Assembly: GCA_046757525.1 (NCBI GenBank)
Contig: JBHHYI010000025.1
Span: 1-35,230 of the forward strand
Length of the DNA stretch: 35,230 nt
Direction of reading: 5' to 3'
DNA from: a bacterium
GTDB lineage: Bacteria; Zhuqueibacterota; Zhuqueibacteria; Oceanimicrobiales; Oceanimicrobiaceae
Shown here in pieces: positions 18,188-27,140 of this stretch (positions are counted from its first letter, which is position 1; each line of letters starts with the position of its first letter). The position numbers and the translations under genes were made by a program. The notes beneath the pieces were generated by a model. That model had not been told where the DNA came from. It saw only the letters and a list, made by a program, of their open reading frames with translations, and did no database searches.

Positions 18188-20521
18188 ATGTTTGTTCGGA
18201 TTTTAAAAAAACTTGCGTTCTTAGTTTTTAGCCTTCTCTTTTTCTTTTCCATATCGGCCTATGGTCAAGTTGCCGCAAGAAGGGCCGTTAAACTTGTCAG
18301 CTTAACGGTTGAAGGCAACAAAACAGCCGATGCAAATTTCATAAAACTGAATTCTGGCCTCACGGAAAATGAGAAGATTACTGGCGAGGACATCCAGAAG
18401 GCAATTCGACAGCTTTGGAGTCTGAATATGTTTTCGGACATCCAGGTTGTTTTGGATAAAGAGCTCGCCAACGCCGTTTATTTGACCATCAAAGTCGCTG
18501 AATACCCCCGCCTGGAGAAGGTGGAACTCGAAGGTAACAAGAAAATCAAGAAGAAAGAGGTCGAGAAAAATCTCGATTTTTACAAAGGCCAGGTTCTCGG
18601 ACCCTCTGAAATAAACCGTGCTAAGAAGAAAATCAAGAAATTATACCAGGACAAGGGGTATCTTTTAGCTCAAATAAAACCCGTCACTCGCAAGGGGACC
18701 AGGGAGGGTATGGTAGTCCTTCGCCTCAAGATCAAAGAAGGTAATAAGGTTCAAATCGAGGGCATCGATTTCCATGGAAACGTTGTATTTTCAGATAAAA
18801 AGCTGAAGAAGCAGTTGAAGCACACCGAGGAAAACGGATTCTTGTTTTTCGGCGGTGGCGATTTTGACTCTGAAAAATATCAGGAAGATTTAAAGAATCT
18901 AATAAGTTTTTACCGCAAAGAAGGATTTCGCGACGCGGAAGTCTTGAAGGATTCCATCCATTATGGTCCCAACAAAAAGAACATGTATATCGATATCTGG
19001 GTCGACGAGGGGACCAAGTATTATTTTGGCAACATCACCTGGGAAGGCAACAAGCTTTTTACCGAGAAACAGTTGGCTTCTCTGGTGAACTTTTCGAAAG
19101 GTGACGTCTATAATCGTGAAAAGATCGACAAGGCTGTCTTTGAACGGTTAGGTAGCCTTTATTATGACGCCGGTTATATTTATGCCACCATTACGCCGCA
19201 AGAGAAGCCCGTGAGCGAGGACACGGTAGATGTCCATTTTCGCGTCATCGAAGGCAATGCGGTCAAGATCAATAAAATTTATATCACGGGCAACACCAAG
19301 ACCAAAGACAAGGTCATCCGGAGGGAGCTCAGAATTTATCCCGGAGACACCTTCAGTCGGGAAGCCCTCATGCGAAGCCAACGAGAGGTTTTCGTCCTAA
19401 ACTATTTTGCCAATGTAACGCCGGACGTTCAGCCCGTAAACGACGAGCTCGTCGATATCGTGTTGGATGTCGAGGAGCGCTCAACCGACACGGCCAATCT
19501 GTCTGCTGGATTCAGTGAACGCGACAAACTCATTGGCAGCGTCGGTGTGACCATGAACAACCTGTTTGGCAACGGCCAGACGCTCAGTTTCGATTGGAAT
19601 TTTGGCAGGGCCTTTAGATCTTTCCAACTTGGCTTTACCGAACCCTGGCTTCTCGATACGCCGACTCTGATCGGGGTGAGCTTCTTCGACACCAAGCGGG
19701 ACAGCCGTTTTATCGGTTACGACCAGCGCAGCACGGGCGCCAGCATCCGCATCGGTCGACGGCTGCGTTGGCCCGACAATTTTTTCCGCGTCGATTGGAT
19801 TTACCGAATCGACCGAACCAATCTCTCCAATTTTTCTGACGCGATCCGACGGTTAAATCCCAACGGCATTACTTCACAGAAGTGGCCTTTGACCACCAGC
19901 GGCGTCACCCAGATCATTACCAGAAATAGCCTGAACGCGCCGCAGTTCCCAACCTCCGGCTCACGCTTTTCTCTTTCTACCGAGTTAGCCGGTGGACCTC
20001 TGGGGGGCAATGTAAATTTTCACAAGCACATCATTCAAAACGAATGGTTTGAACCTGCGTTTTTCAATTTTGTCTTGCTCAACAGTTTCCAGGCGGGTTA
20101 TATCGATGGCTTCGGCAGTGATCGGGACAATATACCCTTTCTGGAGCATTTCTTCATGGGCGGTGAAGGCTTGTCCAGGTCCATACCACTGCGGGGCTAT
20201 GATGATCCGCTGTCCGGGGTGGTGACCCGGTCGGGCGGCAAGGTGATGTTCAAATACACCACCGAACTCAGGTTCCCAATTTCGCCAAACCCAACCATCT
20301 ACGGATTGACCTTTGCTGAGGCGGGCAACACCTGGATAAGTCTGTCTAAAACCGACCTTTTTGATCTGCGCCGTTCTGTGGGTGTTGGGGTGAGAATGTT
20401 TATGCCCATGCTCGGCATCATCGGTTTTGACTACGCTTACGGTTTCGACAATATCGATCCATTGACCGGGGAGAAATTTGGCCAATGGAAACCACACTTT
20501 GTATTCGGAAGGAGCTTTTAA
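18188..20521 (+). CDS. bamA: Outer membrane protein assembly factor BamA
   Basis: Signal peptide, repeated POTRA motifs (GN..., TKDKVIRREL), NLFGNGQ, FTEPWL, LRGY lid motif and C-terminal FGRSF. Confidence 0.97.
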   Translation: MFVRILKKLAFLVFSLLFFFSISAYGQVAARRAVKLVSLTVEGNKTADANFIKLNSGLTENEKITGEDIQKAIRQLWSLNMFSDIQVVLDKELANAVYLTIKVAEYPRLEKVELEGNKKIKKKEVEKNLDFYKGQVLGPSEINRAKKKIKKLYQDKGYLLAQIKPVTRKGTREGMVVLRLKIKEGNKVQIEGIDFHGNVVFSDKKLKKQLKHTEENGFLFFGGGDFDSEKYQEDLKNLISFYRKEGFRDAEVLKDSIHYGPNKKNMYIDIWVDEGTKYYFGNITWEGNKLFTEKQLASLVNFSKGDVYNREKIDKAVFERLGSLYYDAGYIYATITPQEKPVSEDTVDVHFRVIEGNAVKINKIYITGNTKTKDKVIRRELRIYPGDTFSREALMRSQREVFVLNYFANVTPDVQPVNDELVDIVLDVEERSTDTANLSAGFSERDKLIGSVGVTMNNLFGNGQTLSFDWNFGRAFRSFQLGFTEPWLLDTPTLIGVSFFDTKRDSRFIGYDQRSTGASIRIGRRLRWPDNFFRVDWIYRIDRTNLSNFSDAIRRLNPNGITSQKWPLTTSGVTQIITRNSLNAPQFPTSGSRFSLSTELAGGPLGGNVNFHKHIIQNEWFEPAFFNFVLLNSFQAGYIDGFGSDRDNIPFLEHFFMGGEGLSRSIPLRGYDDPLSGVVTRSGGKVMFKYTTELRFPISPNPTIYGLTFAEAGNTWISLSKTDLFDLRRSVGVGVRMFMPMLGIIGFDYAYGFDNIDPLTGEKFGQWKPHFVFGRSF

Positions 20522-20541
20522 TTTTTAAGTAAATAATCTTT

Positions 20542-21132
20542 ATGGAGGTTAGAGTGAAAAATGTGAGAACTTCTTTTGCCTTGCTGGTTCTTTTGGGGGG
20601 CGTGTTTATTTTTGGTAGCCAGGCTGCTCTGGCACAGCTCAAGATTGGTTATATCAACTCGCAAACCATCTTGGCCAGCTACAAGGAAGCATTAGATGTC
20701 CAGAAACAATTGCAGGAATTAAACGCTCAATGGGAAGGCCAGGCAAAGGACATGCAAAGGGAGATCCAGGAACTGCTGGATCAATTGGAGTCGCAAAGTT
20801 TATTGCTAAGCGAAGAGCGGAAAAAAGAAAAGCAGCAGGAGATTCAAAAGCTGAATCAAAAATACCAGAAATTCCTGCAAGTAAAGTGGGGCCCTCAAGG
20901 GGATGGTGTCAAGAAAGAAGTGGAGTTGATGCAGCCGGTCTACGACAAAATCAACACTACGATCAGCAAAATCGGCGAGGCTGAAGGCTACAGTTATATT
21001 TTCGACGTCGTTGGAGCCAATATTCTTTACGCATCGGACGATCAGCCTGACCTTACCCAAAAGCTGTTAGAAGAGTTGAACAAGGGGCTGCCCGCCGCCA
21101 CGACTTCTGCTGCAAAGCAAGGCAAAAAGTGA
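20542..21132 (+). CDS. skp: OmpH/Skp periplasmic chaperone
   Basis: Signal peptide, LKIGYINSQTI, coiled coil and GYSYIFD...DLT. Directly after bamA. Confidence 0.92.
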   Translation: MEVRVKNVRTSFALLVLLGGVFIFGSQAALAQLKIGYINSQTILASYKEALDVQKQLQELNAQWEGQAKDMQREIQELLDQLESQSLLLSEERKKEKQQEIQKLNQKYQKFLQVKWGPQGDGVKKEVELMQPVYDKINTTISKIGEAEGYSYIFDVVGANILYASDDQPDLTQKLLEELNKGLPAATTSAAKQGKK

Positions 21133-21152
21133 GAATCCATTAGATCATTGAT

Positions 21153-21204
21153 CAAATCGGGTGCTGGTTTACCGGATCAAGAATCAGCGCCTGATTTGTT
21201 CTTT
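21153..21204 (+). terminator. Long hairpin after skp, terminator-like
   Basis: 17-bp stem 21153-21169/21182-21198 whose three mismatches are all G-U pairs in the + transcript, followed by TTCTTT. Confidence 0.55.
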
Positions 21205-21497
21205 AAGGATTAGAAGAGGTTGGAAAGAGTTACGCTGAGGTTTACTTTAACGACGATTGTAGAATATGCTGGTGCAGGAATAAGATGGAAGCTTTCAGTC
21301 GATGCACCCTCATTCAAGATCGAATCATCGAGAGCGTGCGACACCCCATTTGTTACCTTTCCAAAGCATTCTAACCCTCTGGAACTTGTCCCGTCAATGG
21401 TAGCCAGGAGCATGGCTTTTGGCAAAGGCTTAGCCGTGCATGTTGCAAATCCTCAGTTTTCCTTTCTTCAATTGAATAATCGCACAAAGGTGATGGC

Positions 21498-21935
21498 ATG
21501 GTCTTAGATGCAGTAGCAATTCAGAAGGTTTTACCGCACCGTTATCCTTTCTTGTTGGTCGATAAAATTATCGATTTGGTGCCCATGGAGCGGGTGGTGG
21601 GCATTAAGAACGTAACGCACAACGAGCCCTTTTTTCAGGGGCACTTTCCGGGCCATCCAATCATGCCCGGGGTGCTCATATTAGAAGCCATGGCGCAAAC
21701 CGGCGGCATCCTGCTTCTGGGTACGCAAACGAATCCTGAGGACAAACTGGTTTATTTTACAGGGATTAACAATGTGAAATTCAGGAAACCTGTGCTGCCA
21801 GGGGACCAAATTCGCTTCGAGATGGAAATGGTGCGGTTTCGGAAATCTATTTGCAAAATGGCGGGAAAGGCACTGGTCGATGGGGAAGTGGTGTGTGAAG
21901 GGGAGTTGTCCGCGGCCATCGTCGACAGAAGCTGA
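21498..21935 (+). CDS. fabZ: 3-hydroxyacyl-ACP dehydratase FabZ (stand-alone)
   Basis: LPHRYPFLLVD, NEPFFQGHFP, PGVLILEAMAQ and KFRKPVLPGD. Confidence 0.97.
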   Translation: MVLDAVAIQKVLPHRYPFLLVDKIIDLVPMERVVGIKNVTHNEPFFQGHFPGHPIMPGVLILEAMAQTGGILLLGTQTNPEDKLVYFTGINNVKFRKPVLPGDQIRFEMEMVRFRKSICKMAGKALVDGEVVCEGELSAAIVDRS

Positions 21936-22058
21936 GAAAACGTTGCGGTCGATTGCTATGGGGCAGTTGCTGAATTGCTGCAAAGGAAAGCTCAAAGACC
22001 AACCAGAAGGCACACCGTTTTGCGTGTTTCACCAGACGTGCGACCGGGAGCGCCTCGG

Positions 22059-22886
22059 ATGAAGCCGGGCGAAGGCCATGTTTGGCGCTTTCTGAACACG
22101 GGTGCTTCTGACGCGGGGTCCAATATGGCCACGGACGAAGCTCTGGCGCGGAAGCCACTGGCGCTGCCAACCCTGAGAGTCTATTGTTGGCAACCCTACA
22201 CTATTTCAATCGGGTATAACCAAAAGGTAGAAGATGTTGATTTGCAAAAATGCAGAGACGATGGTATTGAAGTCGTCAGGAGGCCCACAGGCGGCCGTGC
22301 CATCTTTCATGCGCATGAGGTGACTTACAGCGTCATTATTCCAAGGAACAGCGCCTGGTATCGAGAGAGCTCATTGGAATTGTACAACGAAATCAGTTCA
22401 GCGCTGGTGCTTGGCCTGCAATGCCTGGGGTTGCCGGTGCAACTACAACGAGTTGCCGGTGGCGAGGCAGCGGCGTTTTCTGATTACAGAAATCGTTTCG
22501 CCTGCTTTGCAACTTCTGCTAAATATGAAATCCACTGCGAAGGCAAAAAGTTGGTCGGCAGCGCCCAGCGCAGATTCGACAACTCGTTGTTGCAGCACGG
22601 TTCGATTATTTTAGGACGAGAACACCTGCGACTGTTGAATTACCTGGTCGATGCCCGCAATGGTGCTGCGACTGTGGCCAAACAGCAATTAGAAGATCGA
22701 ACGGTGTGCGTCGAAACCCTCTTGAACAGAAAGGTCGATTACGGAGAAGTTGCTGAGAAAATCAAATTGGGCTTCGAAAGCCATTTCAAAATCAAAATGA
22801 AGGTAGATCGATTAAGCGATCAGGAACAAAATGGAATCTTACAGCTCAAGCCAAAATATCATCAATTAAGGAGGAACCTACCATGA
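22059..22886 (+). CDS. Lipoate-protein ligase/octanoyltransferase family protein (LplA/LipM-like)
   Basis: NMATDEAL, VVRRPTGGRAIFH, KLVGSAQ and LQHGSI. Start placed at ATG 22059 rather than TTG 21975. Confidence 0.9.
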   Translation: MKPGEGHVWRFLNTGASDAGSNMATDEALARKPLALPTLRVYCWQPYTISIGYNQKVEDVDLQKCRDDGIEVVRRPTGGRAIFHAHEVTYSVIIPRNSAWYRESSLELYNEISSALVLGLQCLGLPVQLQRVAGGEAAAFSDYRNRFACFATSAKYEIHCEGKKLVGSAQRRFDNSLLQHGSIILGREHLRLLNYLVDARNGAATVAKQQLEDRTVCVETLLNRKVDYGEVAEKIKLGFESHFKIKMKVDRLSDQEQNGILQLKPKYHQLRRNLP

Positions 22887-23677
22887 AACGTTTGTTACCG
22901 ATTGTTTTGGTTATTGGTTTTTTTGCTACTTTTACCGCCCGCCAGGCCCGGGCCCAATATTTCAAATTCGAGAAGTTGCCCCCTGCACAAATCAATAGCG
23001 AGGTCGACGCGATTCTCAAATACTTTGGCTCCCTGGTAGGCGGGGGTCTGTACCATACCGCGAAACTGCACCACGTTGGCGGCCTCGATGTCGGTGTGAG
23101 AGGCGTAGTAGCCAGGGTGCCAGATAAATTTCAGGACTTGCCGGTGTTTTCCCAGGAGGACTTACTGGGGCTGGCTTTTCTGCACGCCAGTCTGGGGCTG
23201 CCCGGAAATTTTGAACTGATCGGAAGGTTCTTTTATTTGCCCATTGGCAGCAGTAGAGATATAAATGCCAAGCCGTCGAGGGCACAGGACAGCCGCGGCG
23301 GCGTAACCTTGGTGGGCGGCGGCTTGAAATACGGTCTGCTACAGCTCCCGGGCTTGCCCAAGATCATGGTCATGGCAACTTACCATGCCGTGTTTGTTCC
23401 CAGTGAATTCGATTTTGGCACGGTGAGCTCGGCTAACTTCAACGCGGTGGTCAGCCATTCGCTGCCATTGCTCACCGTCTACGCCGGCGGTGGTGTCGAC
23501 ATCACCAGATTGAAGCTCAACGACGAATTTTTGGGCGGAGATACCTTCACCGAGACAGAACCGCACTTGACATTAGGCGCTAACGTCAATATCTTGCCTC
23601 TGGTGCATGTTAACGGCTCATACAATTTCAGCGAATTCTCGAGCTTTGACCTGGGCATTGGTTTGAGTTTCAGGTAA
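22883..23677 (+). CDS. Secreted, probable outer-membrane beta-barrel protein of unknown function (DUF6588-like)
   Basis: Signal peptide (A-R-A), Gly-rich amphipathic beta strands and a C-terminal LGIGLSFR beta-signal. ATGA overlap with the upstream gene; SD AGGAGG. Confidence 0.65.
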   Translation: MKRLLPIVLVIGFFATFTARQARAQYFKFEKLPPAQINSEVDAILKYFGSLVGGGLYHTAKLHHVGGLDVGVRGVVARVPDKFQDLPVFSQEDLLGLAFLHASLGLPGNFELIGRFFYLPIGSSRDINAKPSRAQDSRGGVTLVGGGLKYGLLQLPGLPKIMVMATYHAVFVPSEFDFGTVSSANFNAVVSHSLPLLTVYAGGGVDITRLKLNDEFLGGDTFTETEPHLTLGANVNILPLVHVNGSYNFSEFSSFDLGIGLSFR

Positions 23678-23707
23678 GCAATCACAGACTTTGGTTTGTC
23701 TAAATTC

Positions 23708-24856
23708 ATGAACAAAGTGGCTATTTTGGGTTCAACGGGTTCTATCGGGACCAATTGTTTGAACGTCATTAAAAGCCTGACGCCAGCGCCGGAGGTGCGC
23801 TATTTGACCACTTACCGGAATGTGGCTCGGTTGTTGGAACAAGCACAACAATTTCAACCCAGGGCCGTCGTGGTTTACGACAAAAAAGCCGCAGGTGAGT
23901 TTGCAGACAACTTTCGGCGATTGGGGGTCGAATTGTACACGGGTTTCGAAGGCATTCTGGAAATCTGCCGCAGGGACGATTTCGACATCCTGGTCAACGC
24001 CCTGGTGGGTGCCGTCGGTTTGAAGCCGACTTTGCTGGCAGTGCAGGCAAATCGTCGTATCGCCCTGGCCAACAAGGAGACCCTGGTCATCGGCGGTGGT
24101 TTAGTGATGCAGAAGGTCCGAGCCTCTGGCTGCGAGTTAATTCCTATCGACAGCGAACACAGCGCGGTGCTGCAATGTTTGGTTGGGGAAGAGCGGGCGA
24201 ACATTCGCAATGTCTTCCTCACGGCGTCCGGTGGTCCGTTCAAAGACGTGCCACTCGCTGACTTCCCGCAATTGACCGTGGAGCAAGCTCTGAATCACCC
24301 CAACTGGAACATGGGGCCCAAAATAACCGTTGACTCTGCCACGCTCATGAACAAAGGGTTAGAGGTCATCGAGGCCCACTGGCTTTTTGACCTGGCACCG
24401 GTAAAGATTCAGGTGGTCATTCACCCGCAATCTATCATCCATAGCATGGTTGAATTCGAGGATGGCTCGATCAAAGCGCAGATGGGGCTTCCGGACATGC
24501 GCATGCCGATTCAATATGCCATGACTTTTCCCCAACGTCTCAAGTCCGATTTCCCGCGCCTGGATTTTAGCCGTCTCAAAGAGCTGACCTTTGACACGCC
24601 GGATCTGGAGAAATTTCGGTGTCTCAAATTGGCCTACGAGGCGCTGGAATGTGGCGGCTCCGCCCCGGCCGTCTTGAATGCAGCCAACGAAGAAGCCGTC
24701 AATTTGTTTTTGAACCGCAAGATACGCTTTGACCAGATTTCCTATCTGGTGGAACAGGCATTAGAAAAGTGCGAGAAGAACAGCTTTGAAACTGTGGAAG
24801 AACTGTTGCATTACGATCAGCTCACGAGGGAATTTGTCAAATCGAAGTTTAGTTAA
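23708..24856 (+). CDS. dxr: 1-deoxy-D-xylulose 5-phosphate reductoisomerase
   Basis: ILGSTGSIG, LANKETLV, PIDSEHSA and HPNWNMGPKITVDSATLMNKGLEVIEAHWLF. Start could alternatively be TTG 23696. Confidence 0.98.
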   Translation: MNKVAILGSTGSIGTNCLNVIKSLTPAPEVRYLTTYRNVARLLEQAQQFQPRAVVVYDKKAAGEFADNFRRLGVELYTGFEGILEICRRDDFDILVNALVGAVGLKPTLLAVQANRRIALANKETLVIGGGLVMQKVRASGCELIPIDSEHSAVLQCLVGEERANIRNVFLTASGGPFKDVPLADFPQLTVEQALNHPNWNMGPKITVDSATLMNKGLEVIEAHWLFDLAPVKIQVVIHPQSIIHSMVEFEDGSIKAQMGLPDMRMPIQYAMTFPQRLKSDFPRLDFSRLKELTFDTPDLEKFRCLKLAYEALECGGSAPAVLNAANEEAVNLFLNRKIRFDQISYLVEQALEKCEKNSFETVEELLHYDQLTREFVKSKFS

Positions 24857-24908
24857 TTGTTAATATAATCAGTCGCTGTTTGACAACCATCAATCGAAGA
24901 GGTATTGA

Positions 24909-25958
24909 ATGTTTACCACCTTGATTTCATTTGGGTTTGTGCTCGGGGTATTGATCTTTGTTCATGAATTGGGCCATTTCCTCACGGCAAAAATGGTTGG
25001 GATTCGTGTTGAAAGGTTTTCGCTGGGTTTTCCGCCGAGAATGGTTGGCAAGAAAATAGGAGACACCGATTACTGCATTTCCTGGCTGCCGTTGGGCGGC
25101 TACGTCAAGATGGCGGGCATGGTCGATGAAAGCATGGACGCCAAGATTACCGGTGCCCCCTGGGAGTTTCAGTCGAAGTCGATTTGGCAGCGCATCATCG
25201 TAATCTCAGCCGGCTCCTTTATGAACATTCTCACAGCCATCGTGATTTTTGGCGCGGTCGCCTACTTCAAAGGAGTACCTGAACCGCATGGTGCCCTGAT
25301 CAGCGAAGTTCTTGCGGGTAAACCAGCGGAAGGTGTGGGCTTGCAGCCCGGAGACGTGATCACAGCCATCGACGGCCAGTCGATTAAGGATTCGCAACAA
25401 CTGACAAAGATCATCAACGCTAGTCCAGATATTGCGTTGACCATAGAATGGACGCGCGAGGGGCAGCGATTCTCGGCAACCATTACGCCGGAATTACAAC
25501 CAGATAGGGAAATCGGCCTCATCGGAATTGGAGTGGGAACGAATTATCAGTATCGTGAAGCGGGCTTTTTCAAGTCCATTGCCCACGGCGCTGTGTTCTC
25601 TTACTCGATCACCAAATTGATCGGTGCCCAGCTAAAAATGATTGTCTCCGGCAAAGAATCGATCAAAGATGCCTTTGGCGGGCCTATCATCATCGCCAAA
25701 ATGGCGGGGGAGAGCGCCAGAATGGGCTTTCAGAGTTTGCTGGAATTTACCGCATTCATCAGTTTGAATCTGGGCCTGATCAACATCCTGCCGATTCCAG
25801 TGCTGGACGGGGGTCACCTGGTGTTCCTGGTCATCGAGGGGATTCGGCGTAGGCCCCTTTCCATCAAAACCAAGTTGACGGTGCAGAAAATCGGCATGGC
25901 CTTCTTGTTGGCACTCATGGTGTTCATCATCTTCAACGACATACGCCGGGTTTTTTGA
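24909..25958 (+). CDS. rseP: RIP metalloprotease RseP
   Basis: HELGH, PLGGYVKM, one PDZ domain and NILPIPVLDGGH. Confidence 0.97.
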   Translation: MFTTLISFGFVLGVLIFVHELGHFLTAKMVGIRVERFSLGFPPRMVGKKIGDTDYCISWLPLGGYVKMAGMVDESMDAKITGAPWEFQSKSIWQRIIVISAGSFMNILTAIVIFGAVAYFKGVPEPHGALISEVLAGKPAEGVGLQPGDVITAIDGQSIKDSQQLTKIINASPDIALTIEWTREGQRFSATITPELQPDREIGLIGIGVGTNYQYREAGFFKSIAHGAVFSYSITKLIGAQLKMIVSGKESIKDAFGGPIIIAKMAGESARMGFQSLLEFTAFISLNLGLINILPIPVLDGGHLVFLVIEGIRRRPLSIKTKLTVQKIGMAFLLALMVFIIFNDIRRVF

Positions 25959-26339
25959 ACCACCATTCACACGGCCGTCGGATTTGTGGTTAGCCAATTT
26001 TCAAGGGTAGGAAACGAAGGTGCCACAGGCTGCAGCAGAGGCGCAGGTGCTCCGGGCGGCGCCTTCTATTTCGCAAGCTCAGGAGACCGCCCGCTCGAGC
26101 AGGCGTTGAGTCCAATTGCAGCGCCTTGAAGGCACTATGGCGTTTGATGAAGTTCTCTCTGCTACGGTTTTGGCTTCTGTGGGATCGGTGTTGTCCAGGT
26201 CTGAAGAGTCCGCGACGCTTGATTTGAGCTCCAGCAGGTTAGCGCGCGTATCCAGCTTCAGGGGACAGTGCGGCCGTCCCGATGATGGCCGCGTGCCTCC
26301 TATTGTTTGGGTTTGCTGGTTGGTCAGTTCAATTTGGAG

Positions 26340-27008
26340 TTAGTTTTTATACTGATTGTAGAGCGAGAGTACAGACGGTACGTAGTTTTGGGTTTCTTTG
26401 TAGAGAATGCCATCGGCTTTATTATTGGCTAACCACTTGAGCACGATTCTGCCCCCACCGTTATAGGCCGCCAATCCGCCATCAATTTCATACAGTTCTA
26501 TCAAACTCGACAGATAGCGACACCCCAGGCGTATGTTTATCACCGGATCGAACAAAACCTTTTCTGGCGTGGTCCAGGGTATATTTTCAAACTTTGCCAG
26601 GAAGGCACCGGTTGACGGCATAATCTGCATCAATCCCATAGCCCCCGCATGTGACTCTACTTTGGGGTCCCAGGAAAAAGCCGATTCATGCGTGATGGTT
26701 GCGCATATCAAATCCACATCCAGATTATCGTATTTCATGCTCAAATCGCTTATGGTCGAAGCAATTTTATCCTTTGTGTCATCCGGTATAGAAGGATTGT
26801 AAAGATCGATCAGCGCAATGACTTTGTCTTTGTTTTTTCGACGCAATTGGTCGATCTGGCTGAAAGACTGTAGTTCAGGCAGTTGTCGTTCCAACTCCGA
26901 CAGATTCGTCTCGATCTCAGTTCTGGTTTGCTGTTGCCGCCTAATGAGCGACGTCACAGAGGAAATAGCAAAAACCACAATTGTAAGATGTACGGCAATT
27001 TTGTTCAA
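26340..27008 (-). CDS. Lytic transglycosylase (SLT domain) with N-terminal anchor and coiled coil
   Basis: HESAF (catalytic Glu), GAMGLMQIMP, AAYNGG and ETQNYV. Start placed at TTG 27008 behind SD AAAGGAG. Confidence 0.9.
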   Translation of the reverse strand: MNKIAVHLTIVVFAISSVTSLIRRQQQTRTEIETNLSELERQLPELQSFSQIDQLRRKNKDKVIALIDLYNPSIPDDTKDKIASTISDLSMKYDNLDVDLICATITHESAFSWDPKVESHAGAMGLMQIMPSTGAFLAKFENIPWTTPEKVLFDPVINIRLGCRYLSSLIELYEIDGGLAAYNGGGRIVLKWLANNKADGILYKETQNYVPSVLSLYNQYKN

Positions 27009-27140
27009 TACCCAAGCTCCTTTCAAAGCCAATTTATTTTACCAGGTTTGTCTTTGCTTGTCTATTAGTTAGACTCGAGTCATAACCAATAACTCTCAAT
27101 CAGATTAAATAAATTGAACAGAACTTTTGCAATCATAATC

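Noticed and set aside
21220..21507. 95-aa ORF as a real gene
   Set aside because: No recognisable domain and a weak TTG start. Kept only as a possible lpxC scar in the findings.
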